The position numbers and the translations under genes are program-made. The notes below the pieces were generated by a model. The model saw only the letters and a program-made list of their open reading frames with translations. It searched no databases and was not told where the DNA came from. Positions 1 through 12,472 of a stretch of 64,000 nt of DNA are shown one piece after another. The DNA is taken from assembly GCA_964016885.1 (NCBI GenBank), contig OZ024740.1, forward strand, positions 257,920,001 to 257,984,000, in the 5' to 3' direction. This stretch comes from Eledone cirrhosa (lineage: Eukaryota). How positions within the stretch are numbered: position 1 is the stretch's first letter; each line of letters starts with the position of its first letter.

Positions 1-134
1 GTTTAATTTTTCTTGAGCCAGAGACTAGATATGACGTTGTATTAGTTCACTCATCAGGAGGAAAAATAGCTCTTGTTATGATTCAATGGGCCAGCTTTGC
101 TTCACAATTTCTCGCTCTGTATCTTCGTGAGAAG

Positions 135-290
135 GGCGGAGAATTGGCATTAGAACGTTAGAACATCGGATAGACTGTTTTGTGATATTTCTTTCGGCTC
201 TCTGCTCTCTGAGTTCAAAAGCCACAGAAAACAATATTACCTTTCATCCATTTAAGATTGATACAAAGGTACCAGTCTAGTACTTGGGAT
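135..290 (+). mobile_element. tRNA-derived SINE copy, degenerate (family with cctttcatcc...gataa..gtaccagt core)
   Basis: B-box-like ctgagttcaaa followed by cctttcatcc and gtaccagt, homologous to copies at 15287 and 34291. Confidence 0.6.
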
Positions 291-806
291 CCTTCTTTCC
301 TCCATATCTTGTTCTCACTTTCTATGTCTCAATTTCTATTCTTCTATGGAAAACATCCGCTGTATTCATGCCCGGAGAAGAGATAAGCTACGCCGGGCTT
401 AATATGCTTTAGAAACGCCATACAAACGCTACTACGAATCCCTCAAGAGTTACGGGGTAGCTACATACATCTTCATCAGAATTGCCAGTGTTTGTGCAAT
501 ATCCATACACAAACAAATAGATTTCACAACAGGCTGCTCTGTTGATCAAACAACTAACTGAAATAATCATCATCGAAATCGACGGAGGCCCCAAACAGAA
601 CTCACTTCAAAATATGGCATCTTCCTATCAGTTTCGCCAGACAAGTGTTTCTCTGTAATAACATGGAAATTAGCAAAAAATAAAATGGAATAAAATCCGG
701 CTCATTAAATTTAGTGAAATAATTTCACTTTAATAGATATAATTAGTTACAAAAGAGTGAACACTAATTTCAATTAAACACTTAGAACCCTATGCACGCG
801 TGGCTT

Positions 807-1850
<1,044 letters not shown>

Positions 1851-1876
1851 GTATATATATATATATATATATATAT

Positions 1877-2586
1877 GAATAAATTTAGTCCTTCATCAGT
1901 GATCTACCAACCGTCATTGGTATTTCATCGCTTTAAAGACCATATACCTCCGGTTGGTGCGAGCAACGGCTAAAGAAAGTCGTTGGGACACGTAAATAAG
2001 GGGAACGAGCAAGACTGTAATCAATCAAAGATGCTAATGCAACGAAAAGTGAGGAAGAAGGAGTCAAGTCCCTGAAATCGATGAATATATGTTCTGTGAA
2101 ATCGTGGACAAGAGAGAATAAAGACCATCAAACTTGGTCGAAATGTGAGCAAGGAAAGAATTTCGCACAGGTCAAACGGGAGGAAGAAGGAGTCAAGTCC
2201 CTGAAATCAGTGAACATAAGTTCTGTGAAATCGTAGACGAGAGAGAATAAAGAACAACCGGCCTTGTCAAAGTGTGAACGAAGAAAGAATCTCGCACAGG
2301 TAAAACGGGAGGAAGTAGGCGAGGGAGTAGCAGAGAGTGAGTGAGTGAATGGTGAGGAAGAGGCTAACAGAGAGAGTGACTGTTAGCGGGGGTAAAGGGA
2401 AGTGAGAGATACAGATAAAAGAGGAAGCAGTAAGAAAGAAAGAGACGGGTCACAGCGGAGGAAAATATATGTGTGAATATGAAAACAAGCTTATTGCGTG
2501 GTTGCAAATGGGTTACATATGAATAAATTTAGTCCTTCATCAGTGATCTTCCAACCTTCATTGGTATTTCATCGCTTTAAAGACCA
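1877..2586 (-). mobile_element. Retrozyme-like element, 644-nt unit with about 66-bp terminal direct repeat
   Basis: 1877-1942 is repeated at 2521-2586 (offset 644); flanked by TA-rich tracts; homologous to 10744-11360. Confidence 0.75.
1893..1957 (-). ncRNA. Putative non-circularly permuted (pseudoknotted) hammerhead with kink-turn
   Basis: Minus strand CCAACCG-GA-GGUAU-A-UGGUCU-uuaaagcgau-GAA-AUACC-AAUGA-CGGUUGG-u-AGAUCA-CUGAUGA; covaries with 11262-11326. Confidence 0.65.
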
Positions 2587-2640
2587 TATATGCATACATA
2601 TCTATATATACATACATTCATGCACACACACACACATATA

Positions 2641-2799
<159 letters not shown>

Positions 2800-3346
2800 A
2801 TGGGCAGTCTGTTGCTTTGGTAAAGCACACAAAAAAGTATAGATTCAGCTAGAAAGAACTGTATTAAAAATGTCTTTGAAAATGATAAATGGCTTTGGTT
2901 CTGTCACTAATTATATAGAAATCCTTTCTTTCATTTCAGAACCAATGTCAATTCAACTAAGTTACTTCAATAACAGATGTGGTGCTAATAATTTGGTTGA
3001 TTTCTGAATAAAATTAAATGGGAATACCAAGAATTAATGTCAAAGTGGTAGAATATGATTCATTGGGTAAAAAAACATAGCAGAAGAAAAAGAAACTATA
3101 TCCGATATAATTAAATGATTGCATTGAATAATGCTTCAAAAAGAAGTCTAAGTACTTCCTATCAGTAGAAGCAATATATGAGACTAAAATCAACTAACAA
3201 ATGATAATATGTGTTATCTGGTATTAATGAAAGTATATTGTTGGGTTTCACGGAGGGAGATTCGAATTCAAATCTAATGCAAAGTACCATATTGTGAGGG
3301 AAATTTGGTGAACAAGAAATGTCTGAAAGTAACTGTTTTCGTCTAT

Positions 3347-3406
<60 letters not shown>

Positions 3407-3429
3407 TTCCTATTTCACACGAATTTGCA

Positions 3430-3861
3430 GAGCTGATCACGTAAATTCACATGGATGTCTATAGTATCGAATCTGGGATAACCTTCTATTTATCTCAACT
3501 CTGATATAAACCTAGGAATTTTAAACTAGACATATGATCATTATTTTTCACACATTATTGATACGTGTCTCATTCATGAATACTGATATTTACATTATAA
3601 TGCCTGATTTATACGAATTGATATTTTTACATTGATGAAACATAGTGTTTTAAATCTGCCTCGTTTATGTCTGGATATTTTTCTTTTCTCTCTATGTAAC
3701 GGCTGTTTTCTCTCCTAACCACATATATCTCTCTCTACATTAATACTAGAGCTAAATAAATAAATAAATAAATAAATATATCATTGATACGTCATTCAAC
3801 TGGTGCCCAACTACCTATTTTCTTTCTCTCTATCTCTATCTCTATCTATCTCTCTATATTT

Positions 3862-3893
<32 letters not shown>

Positions 3894-4350
3894 ATATATA
3901 TCTATCTCCCTCTGTATTTTTTCCTCTCTCTATATATCTCTCTCTATTTCTTTACATGAATTTCTTCTCTCTATCTATCTCTCTATATCTATCTCTCTCT
4001 ATTTAGTTGCATGCATTTCTTCTTTTTCTTCGTTTTTCTTTCTTTCTTTTTATAACTGTCCCTAATATTTTTCACTACCAAATCAACTTTTCAAATGGAA
4101 GTTGAAGTTGAAAGGTACGTCGAATCTATCTATTTATAAGACTGTTTATATTGTATTTTGTCTGAAGAAGGCATAGCATATTTTTAATATGATATCCCTG
4201 AAATATATATAATGAAATAAATATGGTTTTATAAATATAGTTTCCATTTATTTAATATCGTAAATATACTCCAAATACTTGTTGAGTGCTTTTATATCAG
4301 TTATAAATATTTACTCGTTGTAACCCAACAATCTAAATAAAACTTTGCAT
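3430..4350 (+). mobile_element. PLE 3' non-coding/pseudo-LTR fragment (same family as 13340-14130 and 50535-51040)
   Basis: Extended similarity to the tail of the PLE at 11400-14130; ends in (TA)n. Confidence 0.7.
4155..4218 (+). ncRNA. Type I hammerhead ribozyme
   Basis: AUUUUGU-CUGAAGA-AGG...CCU-GAAA-UAUAUA-UA-AUGAAAU; palindromic stem III. Confidence 0.75.
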
Positions 4351-4371
4351 ATATATATATATATATATATT

Positions 4372-4976
4372 TTGGGAGGGTCATGCTGCCAATAAAAACA
4401 CATGCGCCTGTCGGTTTCCACTTCAATTTTTATAAATTTCCGGTTGGTTGGCTGGTTGGTTCAGTAACGGGAAGGTTGTTTATATATTGTCAAAGCTCTT
4501 TCGTCACACATTCCGTGACCTCCTCAGTGACTAGGTTTATATTTTGTGTCTCTCTTTTGTTCTGCCCTACACCTTCTTTTTGTGTGTTGTGTGCTGTGTG
4601 CTTAGTTTGCACATGCGTTACATCCGTGCGTGTGTGTGTGCTTTTGTTTATTTACTTATGTGTTTATCTACTTGTCACTACTTGGTTATTTGTTCAGTAT
4701 GTGTGTGTCTGATTTGTTTGTTAGTTTGGTTTTTGTGTGTCTGTATTGATTCGCTTTGTCCTTAATTACTAGTTGTGATGTTGATAATTTTGGTTGGGGT
4801 CGTGTATGTTTGTCGCCTCTGTGATTTGTCTGGGCATTGCGGAAATTTATCATAAATTAAAGAGAAAACCAACAGGTACATGTGTTCTCATTGGTCGCTT
4901 GACCCTCCCAAAGTATAGCAATATCTGTTTCAACACAAGTTTCCATATGAGAAATCTTGCAAAACAAATTCAAAAA

Positions 4977-4980
<4 letters not shown>
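4372..4980 (-). mobile_element. Short HHR-bearing non-autonomous element (related pieces at about 15005-15250, 18275-18830 and 52040-52560)
   Basis: Shared ttggga/gagggtca end motif, TA flanks, and an HHR-like motif at 4489-4531 (GUCA-CUGAGGA-G-GUCAC..GUGAC-GAAA-GAGC-UU-UGAC). Confidence 0.55.
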
Positions 4981-5053
<73 letters not shown>

Positions 5054-5214
5054 TACATATATTTTCTGCCTTTGTTAATATTATAGCTCTAAAGAATTAG
5101 CTTTTAATGAACTCCCTTTTCTTTAAATCCATCAACCAATTACCTCCACCCATCCCAACCCCCCAACCTCTCCTACAAACATAAAAGAAAAGATATAAAT
5201 ATCACCACACTTAC

Positions 5215-5264
5215 TTGGACAGCCAGCTTCCTGATGATTTCTCACGAATGAAACAGTTCAAGTC
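5215..5264 (-). CDS. Candidate 50-nt internal exon of an unknown host gene (DLNCFIREKSSGSWLS)
   Basis: ttctacag acceptor and gtaagt donor in a unique-sequence island; one open frame. Confidence 0.3.
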
Positions 5265-5323
5265 CTGTAGAAGCTCTTCTATATTAATATATACATGTAT
5301 ATATTAATATATACATGTATATA

Positions 5324-5409
<86 letters not shown>

Positions 5410-5414
<5 letters not shown>

Positions 5415-5815
5415 TATTTCCTTGGAGATACGAAATATTTATACATATTGTATATAGCTATACTTGAAGCGAAATTCTATTTCTTTTTTATCATAAGTTG
5501 AGCCAACTTATGCAGCTTCATATGAAAATGAGATTAATCACCTCATTTACACAGACGAGAAAAGTATATATTCTCGCCTGTCTTCTAGTCCAGCAGTCGC
5601 AAGCGGTAGGAGGGACCGTCCTGACGAAGGCCAGTTAAGCCTGAAATGCATAGACGGTTGTCCCCCTTGCTTCTGCTGGACATCACCAGAGGGCCTTAGA
5701 CCCCCCCCCCCCCCCCGTGTTTGCATGGCTACGGCTTCCTAAAACCGTATTTCCTTGGAGATACGAAATATTTATGCATATCGTATAAAGCTATGCTTGA
5801 AGAGAAATCCTATTT

Positions 5816-5818
<3 letters not shown>
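5410..5818 (+). mobile_element. Retrozyme-like element, 333-nt unit with about 76-bp direct repeat, between (TA)n
   Basis: 5410-5486 is repeated at 5743-5818; central HHR. Confidence 0.75.
5615..5658 (+). ncRNA. Type I hammerhead ribozyme
   Basis: ACCGUC-CUGACGA-AGGC-caguuaa-GCCU-GAAA-UGCA-UA-GACGGU. Confidence 0.9.
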
Positions 5819-5874
<56 letters not shown>

Positions 5875-5879
5875 GTATG

Positions 5880-6410
5880 TTGGGACACTCTTAGATGCAA
5901 CTGGTAACATGTAACCCAGTACAACCTGTCACATGGTCACGTCGTCGGCGACTAAACCGGCAACCTCACCTAGTTTACTTGGTGAGGAGGGTGATTTTGG
6001 ACACCCTGCAGGACAAAAAACAGAACCTGACAAAGGGCGGAAGAACTGTGTAAAAGTGTGTAAATATGGAGGAATTGTATGTATATGTACATGTGTATAC
6101 ACAGGGTGCACGTGTACATATATGCGCGGAGACTTCGAAAAGGTCGGGCTGGACAACCGATCGCGCGGTTAAACCACTGGGAGTGAAGGACCCCTAGCCT
6201 TTGTCGGGGCATTCTTCTAGGAGAAGGCAACTCAGGAAACTGGGACAACTCCGATATATAGCCTGCGGCTCAGTAGTTACCGATGATGTGGATCTTGTCT
6301 TCTTTTCGGGTTATAGTTACTGTCGCTCAGAGAGTGGGATTGGCTCAGTGCACAGTCTTTCGTCACTTTAAAAAATATCTTCACGCACAGGCATTGCACG
6401 ATAGAATTAA
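5880..6410 (+). mobile_element. Interspersed repeat resembling an RTE 5' UTR/SINE; second copy at about 49300-49700
   Basis: Two homologous copies sharing gcgactaaa, ggtgaggagggtga and taggagaagg motifs. Confidence 0.5.
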
Positions 6411-6560
6411 TAAATCATTATTAATAATGGTATATCGTGCAATGGCAATACTCGATAACGAGGGGGCAGCCATCATGTATGTAAACAGAAATAACAACAC
6501 AATCGGTACAGTATATGAATGGGATATATTAGGTTAACGCTTGATGTAACAGGAAGAGGA

Positions 6561-6596
6561 TCTTAACGTTTCGGACGCGCGTCCTTCATCAGAAGA
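6561..6596 (-). ncRNA. Minimal PLE-type hammerhead ribozyme (loopless ACGU stem III)
   Basis: UCUU-CUGAUGA-A-GGAC-gcgc-GUCC-GAAAC-GUU-AAGA. Confidence 0.8.
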
Positions 6597-7381
6597 AAGA
6601 ATGAGAAATAAGAGAGATTGAGGGGTTGGGTGGGTTAGAATTGGAAACAAATGTCTTTAGATAAAAATAACAGATCCATTCATGTTGACATCTCTTGGAA
6701 AACTGTTGGTGCTGGCGTTTAGTGTATGTAAAGTGGATGATGGAGCGCGTCTACCTGAAATGAAGAAAAATACGTTTTGTAAAAAGAGCTATACTTGTGC
6801 ACGTGCGTAAGCCTGTGTGTGTGTCCGTAGCAAGCTAAGAAGAAATGTGTTTGTATATGTAAGTAAAAGAGTGTGTGTGCAGGAAGCATTACGAAGCTAT
6901 GGGCAAATGTGTGTTAATATAAGGGTGTGTATGTGTGTATACAGCGCAGTGAAGGGAAACGTGGAGAGAGCATATTTAGTAGGCCTGTATTAGTTAACAA
7001 AGAAAGTGTGGTAAGAAACCAGGTGGACCGTAACGCACAAGAGTACTCGATAGCTTGACACCCACATGTCAGAAAGTCATATTACTCCCTCTCCTTTGTT
7101 CTACAGGCCAGTTCAGCCACCACCGCCCCACCGCTATGAACGAATTTAACCACGTACATGACATCCCCAAATCATTGACCATTCCCCGCGACAGACAAGA
7201 AAAACAAAAAATTTTAAAGATTGTTTGATTTGATACTTCTGCTGTTTTTGTTTTGATTTCATATATGGACTGTATCCCTTGATAGATTCAGCTAGATTCC
7301 CGCTGTCCTAATACTGCTGGCTTAGTTCTCATTTAGCTGTCGAGACGACCGGAGCTCACCCGTCGGGGTCCTGACGCTTTT

Positions 7382-7451
<70 letters not shown>

Positions 7452-7455
<4 letters not shown>

Positions 7456-8144
7456 TATGTATACGTACATACATATATGTATACAGACGTACAGTAGTAT
7501 GCATATATAGACATACAGGCACACATATATATATGGATTTACCGAACATTTATTATAATGCTCGGTGTGTTTGTAAACAAACATCCCGAATTAAGCCGTA
7601 CAGTGTTTAGCAACCATCGTTGCCCTTTTTCTCAACACTGACAAAGGAACGATGTACTAGTTTCAAGCTTATTAGCTATCGTCAGCACCGTATACCTTCC
7701 TTCCAGATGATTGAACCTCTGAAAGTATATACTTTCCTTATGCATATTAACGGCTGAGCAGCCTAATTTGCATATCGAGTGAGTTAATCGGCTGGGCGCA
7801 CCGAAAACAATAAACGGAAAAAATGAAACGAAATTTTATTTCTCACTCTGAGTACGGCGGTTATTTAAATATAAGTACATCGTTCCTTTGTCAGTGTTGA
7901 ACAAAAGGGCAGCGATGGTTGCTAAACACTGTACGGCTTAATTCGGGATGTTTGTTTACAAACACACCGAGCATTATAATAAATATTCGATAAATCCATA
8001 CTTACGTATATATATGTGTGCATGTATGTATATATATACATACTACTGTACGTCTGTATACATATATGTATGTACTTATACATACTTATATTTAAGTAAG
8101 AGCCGTACTAAGAGTTAGAAATGAAATTTCGTTTCATTTTTTCC

Positions 8145-8148
<4 letters not shown>
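7452..8148. mobile_element. Fold-back non-autonomous HHR element (about 422-nt unit family; also 35500-35985 and 45230-45860)
   Basis: 7452-7877 (minus) is joined to an inverted copy 7878-8148; (TA)n on both sides. Confidence 0.8.
7649..7691 (-). ncRNA. Type I hammerhead ribozyme
   Basis: ACGGUG-CUGACGA-UAGCU-aaua-AGCUU-GAAA-CUAG-UA-CAUCGU. Confidence 0.8.
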
Positions 8149-8182
<34 letters not shown>

Positions 8183-8185
<3 letters not shown>

Positions 8186-9354
8186 CGGGGGATTAAAATT
8201 TATTTTACAGAACAACTTTTTTTATTTCGATGGCAATTACTTACAAGCTAATATCGGGGATTGCGATGGTACAAAAGTTGCTCCAGTAGTCATGGCATAC
8301 TTGGAAGTCTAGATATATGAACATTCCAAATCAAAATACGGATTGAACTTCCACAAATATTTATCAGAGAATTTGAAACGAGATGATTGCTTTATTCTTT
8401 GCTCTCACAGACTCGACCAACTAAATGATTTCAAAAATTTAATTAACGGCATCAATAACCACATCCAATTCACAATGGAATACAGCCAAGATCAATTCCA
8501 AAGAATACCTGCTATTCACCAACAACCATCCAAAGCACACGAAGACGAACATCCTTTTAACCTAGCAAGAAGAATTTGCATAATTGTCTCCAATTATGAA
8601 ACGCGAAATAAAAGACTTCAAGAATTTAAGGAAATTCTGCTCGAAAGACAGTACCCACCATTACTAATAAATAATGGAATAGAAAGGGCTAAAGCAATAG
8701 GCATTAATGAATTACGAAAGCAGAAACAAATTCACGGTACGCCCAATATTCTATCATATACCTCAACACACAACCCAAGAAATGCGGAAGCATACAACAT
8801 TATTCACAAGAACATCGCACTATTGAAACAAGACCCAAGAATGAAAAATGCCCTTGAAACACAAAATAATCAAAAGCAAAAGACAACCGAAATCAATAAA
8901 TATATTATTCATCAATGCCAAATTACCTACGAAAAACCTATAACCAACTGTAATCAAATGCGGCCGCTCTAATTGTGGAATCTGCACTCACCTCATTGAA
9001 AGCACCATGTATACATTTAAATCAGGACAAAATTTTGTTGTAAAAAATCACTTCACTTGCACATCAAAAAATTTACTTTATGCCATTAAATGTAAAGGAT
9101 GCAATGAAGATTATATCGAGCAAACTAAACTCACACTCAGAAATAAAATGACAATTCATCGCCAGCAGATACGAGACCCTACCACAAGACAGATACCATT
9201 TAGTGCACATCTAGACATATGCGCAAGCGATAAGACACCCAAATTCCAAGTCTTCCCAGTTTATCTTTGCGCTGACAATACGACAGAACAAATACGAATA
9301 AATAAGGAAAATGTGTTTATTCAAAAATATAGACCAGCATTAAATATAGTTTAA
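8183..9354 (+). pseudogene. 5'-truncated, frameshifted Penelope-like element: RT C-terminal part plus GIY-YIG endonuclease
   Basis: FILQNNFFYFDG..GTKVAP, IQFTMEYS, PFNLARRICIIV, CGIC and NLLYAIKCKGCNEDYIEQT...H motifs; starts next to (TA)n. Confidence 0.85.
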
Positions 9355-10352
9355 TATACATTATGTTAATACCATAACATGCTAACCATCCAACTAGACA
9401 CATACATACACACACACACATAACACCTTCTATATTCGAAAATAAAAACAAGGGGTAAATAAACCTTAACATACGTTAATACTCTAACACCTTAACATGC
9501 TAACCACACTCCTACACACACATAACTCCCTCTCCTACATCTACTAAAGGAATCATTTTCCTACACACATACACACAGACATATAACACCCATACACACA
9601 CACACATAACTCCCTTCCCCATTTCTACTAATAGAATCATTTTTCTACACACACACGTCAGCACACAAATAAAAATACATATCTCTACTTTCTTTACCCA
9701 ATGAACCAGGACAATTCTCCCCATCCCTTTTTTCTTGACCATTATCTTTTGTTTGGCACAAAATTCTCCAAATGGCTACAAAGAATTCCCAAATACGGAC
9801 GCGAAATTTAATGTATTTATTCACGTGACAGTCATAACCAATCAAATTACCTTTATAAAAAAACTTTTTGAGCCACATTTTTAAGTGAAAAGAACCCTCA
9901 AACACGAGCTGGCGCGAAAGTGCGAAAGTTAATGTGCTTATTCACGTGAGTGCATCAACAAATTTCACTCATATATGAAAAAACAATCTGAGTCCCCCGC
10001 CCCCCTTTTTTTTTAAAGGGAAATATATTAAGAACTTTGTGAAACGAACTGGCGCGAAATTTACTATACTTATTCACGTGACCGTCATCAACCAACCAAA
10101 TTACTTTTCTAAAAAAACCTAGCATTTCGAGCCATTTTTTTTCATATAAAACAGAAGTAACATTCGAACACCAACCAGATGAGAGAAAACCACAAACTTT
10201 CCATCTCAATTCTACTTTTGAAAAGCACAGGAACTACGAAACCGGTAAAGGAAACAAATAAATATTCTTAAAAAGACTCAGTTGCATTTTCGATTTCATC
10301 TTTTTTCCTTATACTTTCACTCGTGTTTTTTTTTTTTTGGAAAAAATACCTC

Positions 10353-10421
<69 letters not shown>

Positions 10422-10432
10422 TGTGTGTGTGT

Positions 10433-10507
<75 letters not shown>

Positions 10508-10589
10508 GGTTAAACAGAAATAACAACACAATCGGAACAGTATATGGAAGGTATATATTAGGTTAACGCTTGATATAGCAGGAAGAGGG

Positions 10590-10626
10590 TCTTAACGTTT
10601 CAGACCGCTAGTCCTTCATCAGAAGA
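10590..10626 (-). ncRNA. Minimal hammerhead ribozyme (6561 family)
   Basis: UCUU-CUGAUGA-AGGAC-uagcg-GUCU-GAAAC-GUU-AAGA. Confidence 0.75.
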
Positions 10627-10705
10627 AAGAATGAGAAATAAAATAGATTAAGGGGACGGGTAGGATGGAATTGGAAAAAAATGTCTTTAGATAAAAATAA
10701 TATGT

Positions 10706-10743
<38 letters not shown>

Positions 10744-10746
<3 letters not shown>

Positions 10747-11358
10747 TCAAAAATGGCGAGCTGTGTTGTTGCATTTATGTATAAAAAATGAAGACATAAG
10801 TGCAACAACACAGCTCACCATTTTTTATTCATATATACTTTCCCCTTTGCTGTGACCTGTCTTTTTCTCTTCCCTTGCAGCTATCCTCTTTCTCTCTCCC
10901 CCTTCTCTCTCCGTCTCCCTCTTACTTTCACTCATCCCCTCTGCTAGTCACCCTATCTCGGCTAGCCTCTTCCTCGCACTTCCACTCACTCACTCTCTGC
11001 TACTCACCCTCTCCCTCACTTCCTCCATCGTTCCACACTGTACGCGATCTTTCTTCTCTCTCACATCAGTACGGTTAAGATATGTCTTGGTTCTCCTCGT
11101 CAATATTCGCCTGTTCTTATGTTCGAAATGAATTATTGACTTGATTTTTTCATCTTTTCCTCTCTTTACGTTGCCTCACCATTCTTGTCTGTTTACATGT
11201 CTTTCTATTTCTCCACCCAACTCTTTTTATCCCAATAATTTATTTTAGTTATTGTATCGCCCTAGGCGGAGGTATATTGTCTGTAATGCGAAGAAATACC
11301 TATGATGCCTAGTAGACAACTGATGATGGATATTCCTAACCTCTATTTCTAATTCTTC

Positions 11359-11360
<2 letters not shown>
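10744..11360 (+). mobile_element. Divergent member of the 644-nt retrozyme-like family with a 5' fold-back (10744-10832)
   Basis: Similar to the reverse complement of 1877-2520; terminal hairpin; (TA)n flanks. Confidence 0.7.
11262..11326 (+). ncRNA. Putative non-circularly permuted hammerhead with kink-turn (second copy)
   Basis: CUAGGCG-GA-GGUAU-A-UUGUCU-guaaugcgaa-GAA-AUACC-UAUGA-UGCCUAG-u-AGACAA-CUGAUGA. Confidence 0.65.
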
Positions 11361-11407
<47 letters not shown>

Positions 11408-11515
11408 AAGTTATATTTAAAATTGTTGGGTTACAACTAGTAAATATTTATAACTGATATAAAAGCACTCGACAAATATTTGCAGTATATTTACAATATT
11501 AAATAAACTTAAACT

Positions 11516-12472
11516 ATGTCAACTTTAACTCTAACCACCCCCAGATCTGTCAAAAACACTATAGTAAACTCAGTCCAAAAACGTATCTCTAGGATCTCGT
11601 CGAATAGAAAGATTTTTGACGAAAAGGCCCAATACTATAATGATGCACTAGCTAGGGCAAGGTATGCTGATAAGATTGTATACATAGATAATGATAGACA
11701 AACTAAACAAAGTAACAACTTTTTTAATTACGGCAACAACATTAACAACTATAATAGAAAGCATTACAATAATTCCAAAGGACAAAAAAGAAATAGAACT
11801 AGGAACATAATTTGGTTTGCCCCCCCTTTCTCACTAAACATTAAAACCCACATCGCTAAATTATTTTTCAAAGCTCTTGATAATCGCTTCCCTAGAACAC
11901 ATAGGTATCACTCAATCTTCAATAGGCATACAATTAAATTAACCTACTCATCCACCAAAAATTTAGCACAAAATATTAATAGAATAAATAATAGGAACTT
12001 AAAACCTACTGATAATAGCATAAATAATATACAAGTTAACAAATGTAACTGTAGAGATAGATCTAAATGTCCGTTAAATAACAACTGCTTAGTTAAAAAT
12101 ATAGTATACAATTGTAATGTTAATACTGACTCTAATTCTTTTAACTACGTCGGTTCCGCATCGACGGAATTTAAACTTCGCTATAATAACCACAAGAATT
12201 CTTTCACAGATCCAAATAAAAAATCTTCAACGGCACTATCAGGGGTACTCTGGCAACTTAAGCTAGATAACGTTAGATATTCGACGGCTTGGAATATAGT
12301 CTCAAGAGGGATTCCTTTTAATTCATCCTCTGAGACATGTGACCTCTGCGCAGAGGAGATATTCTTTATACTAAAATCTAAAAACTCCCTTAACCTACGG
12401 ACAAATTTATTCAGTTGTTGCAAACATAGATTAAACTCAACGTTTAAATATAAATTTAAATTTAAAATGTAG
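11516..12472 (+). pseudogene. PLE RT thumb plus GIY-YIG endonuclease fragment
   Basis: IIWFAPPFS, CNC..CPL..C, NIVY...YVGSASTEFKLRYNNH, CDLC and CKH motifs; the upstream SNHP motif is out of frame. Confidence 0.85.

Noticed and set aside
5225-5264. CUGAUGA...GAAA hammerhead-like match on the plus strand
   Set aside because: Stems I and III do not pair properly and there is no family context; the minus-strand exon reading fits better
11262-11326. SECIS element (AUGA/GA motif next to a Naiad-like ORF)
   Set aside because: AUGA is on the 3' strand rather than the 5' strand, the motif is upstream in a separate TA-bounded insertion, and the ORF has no in-frame UGA
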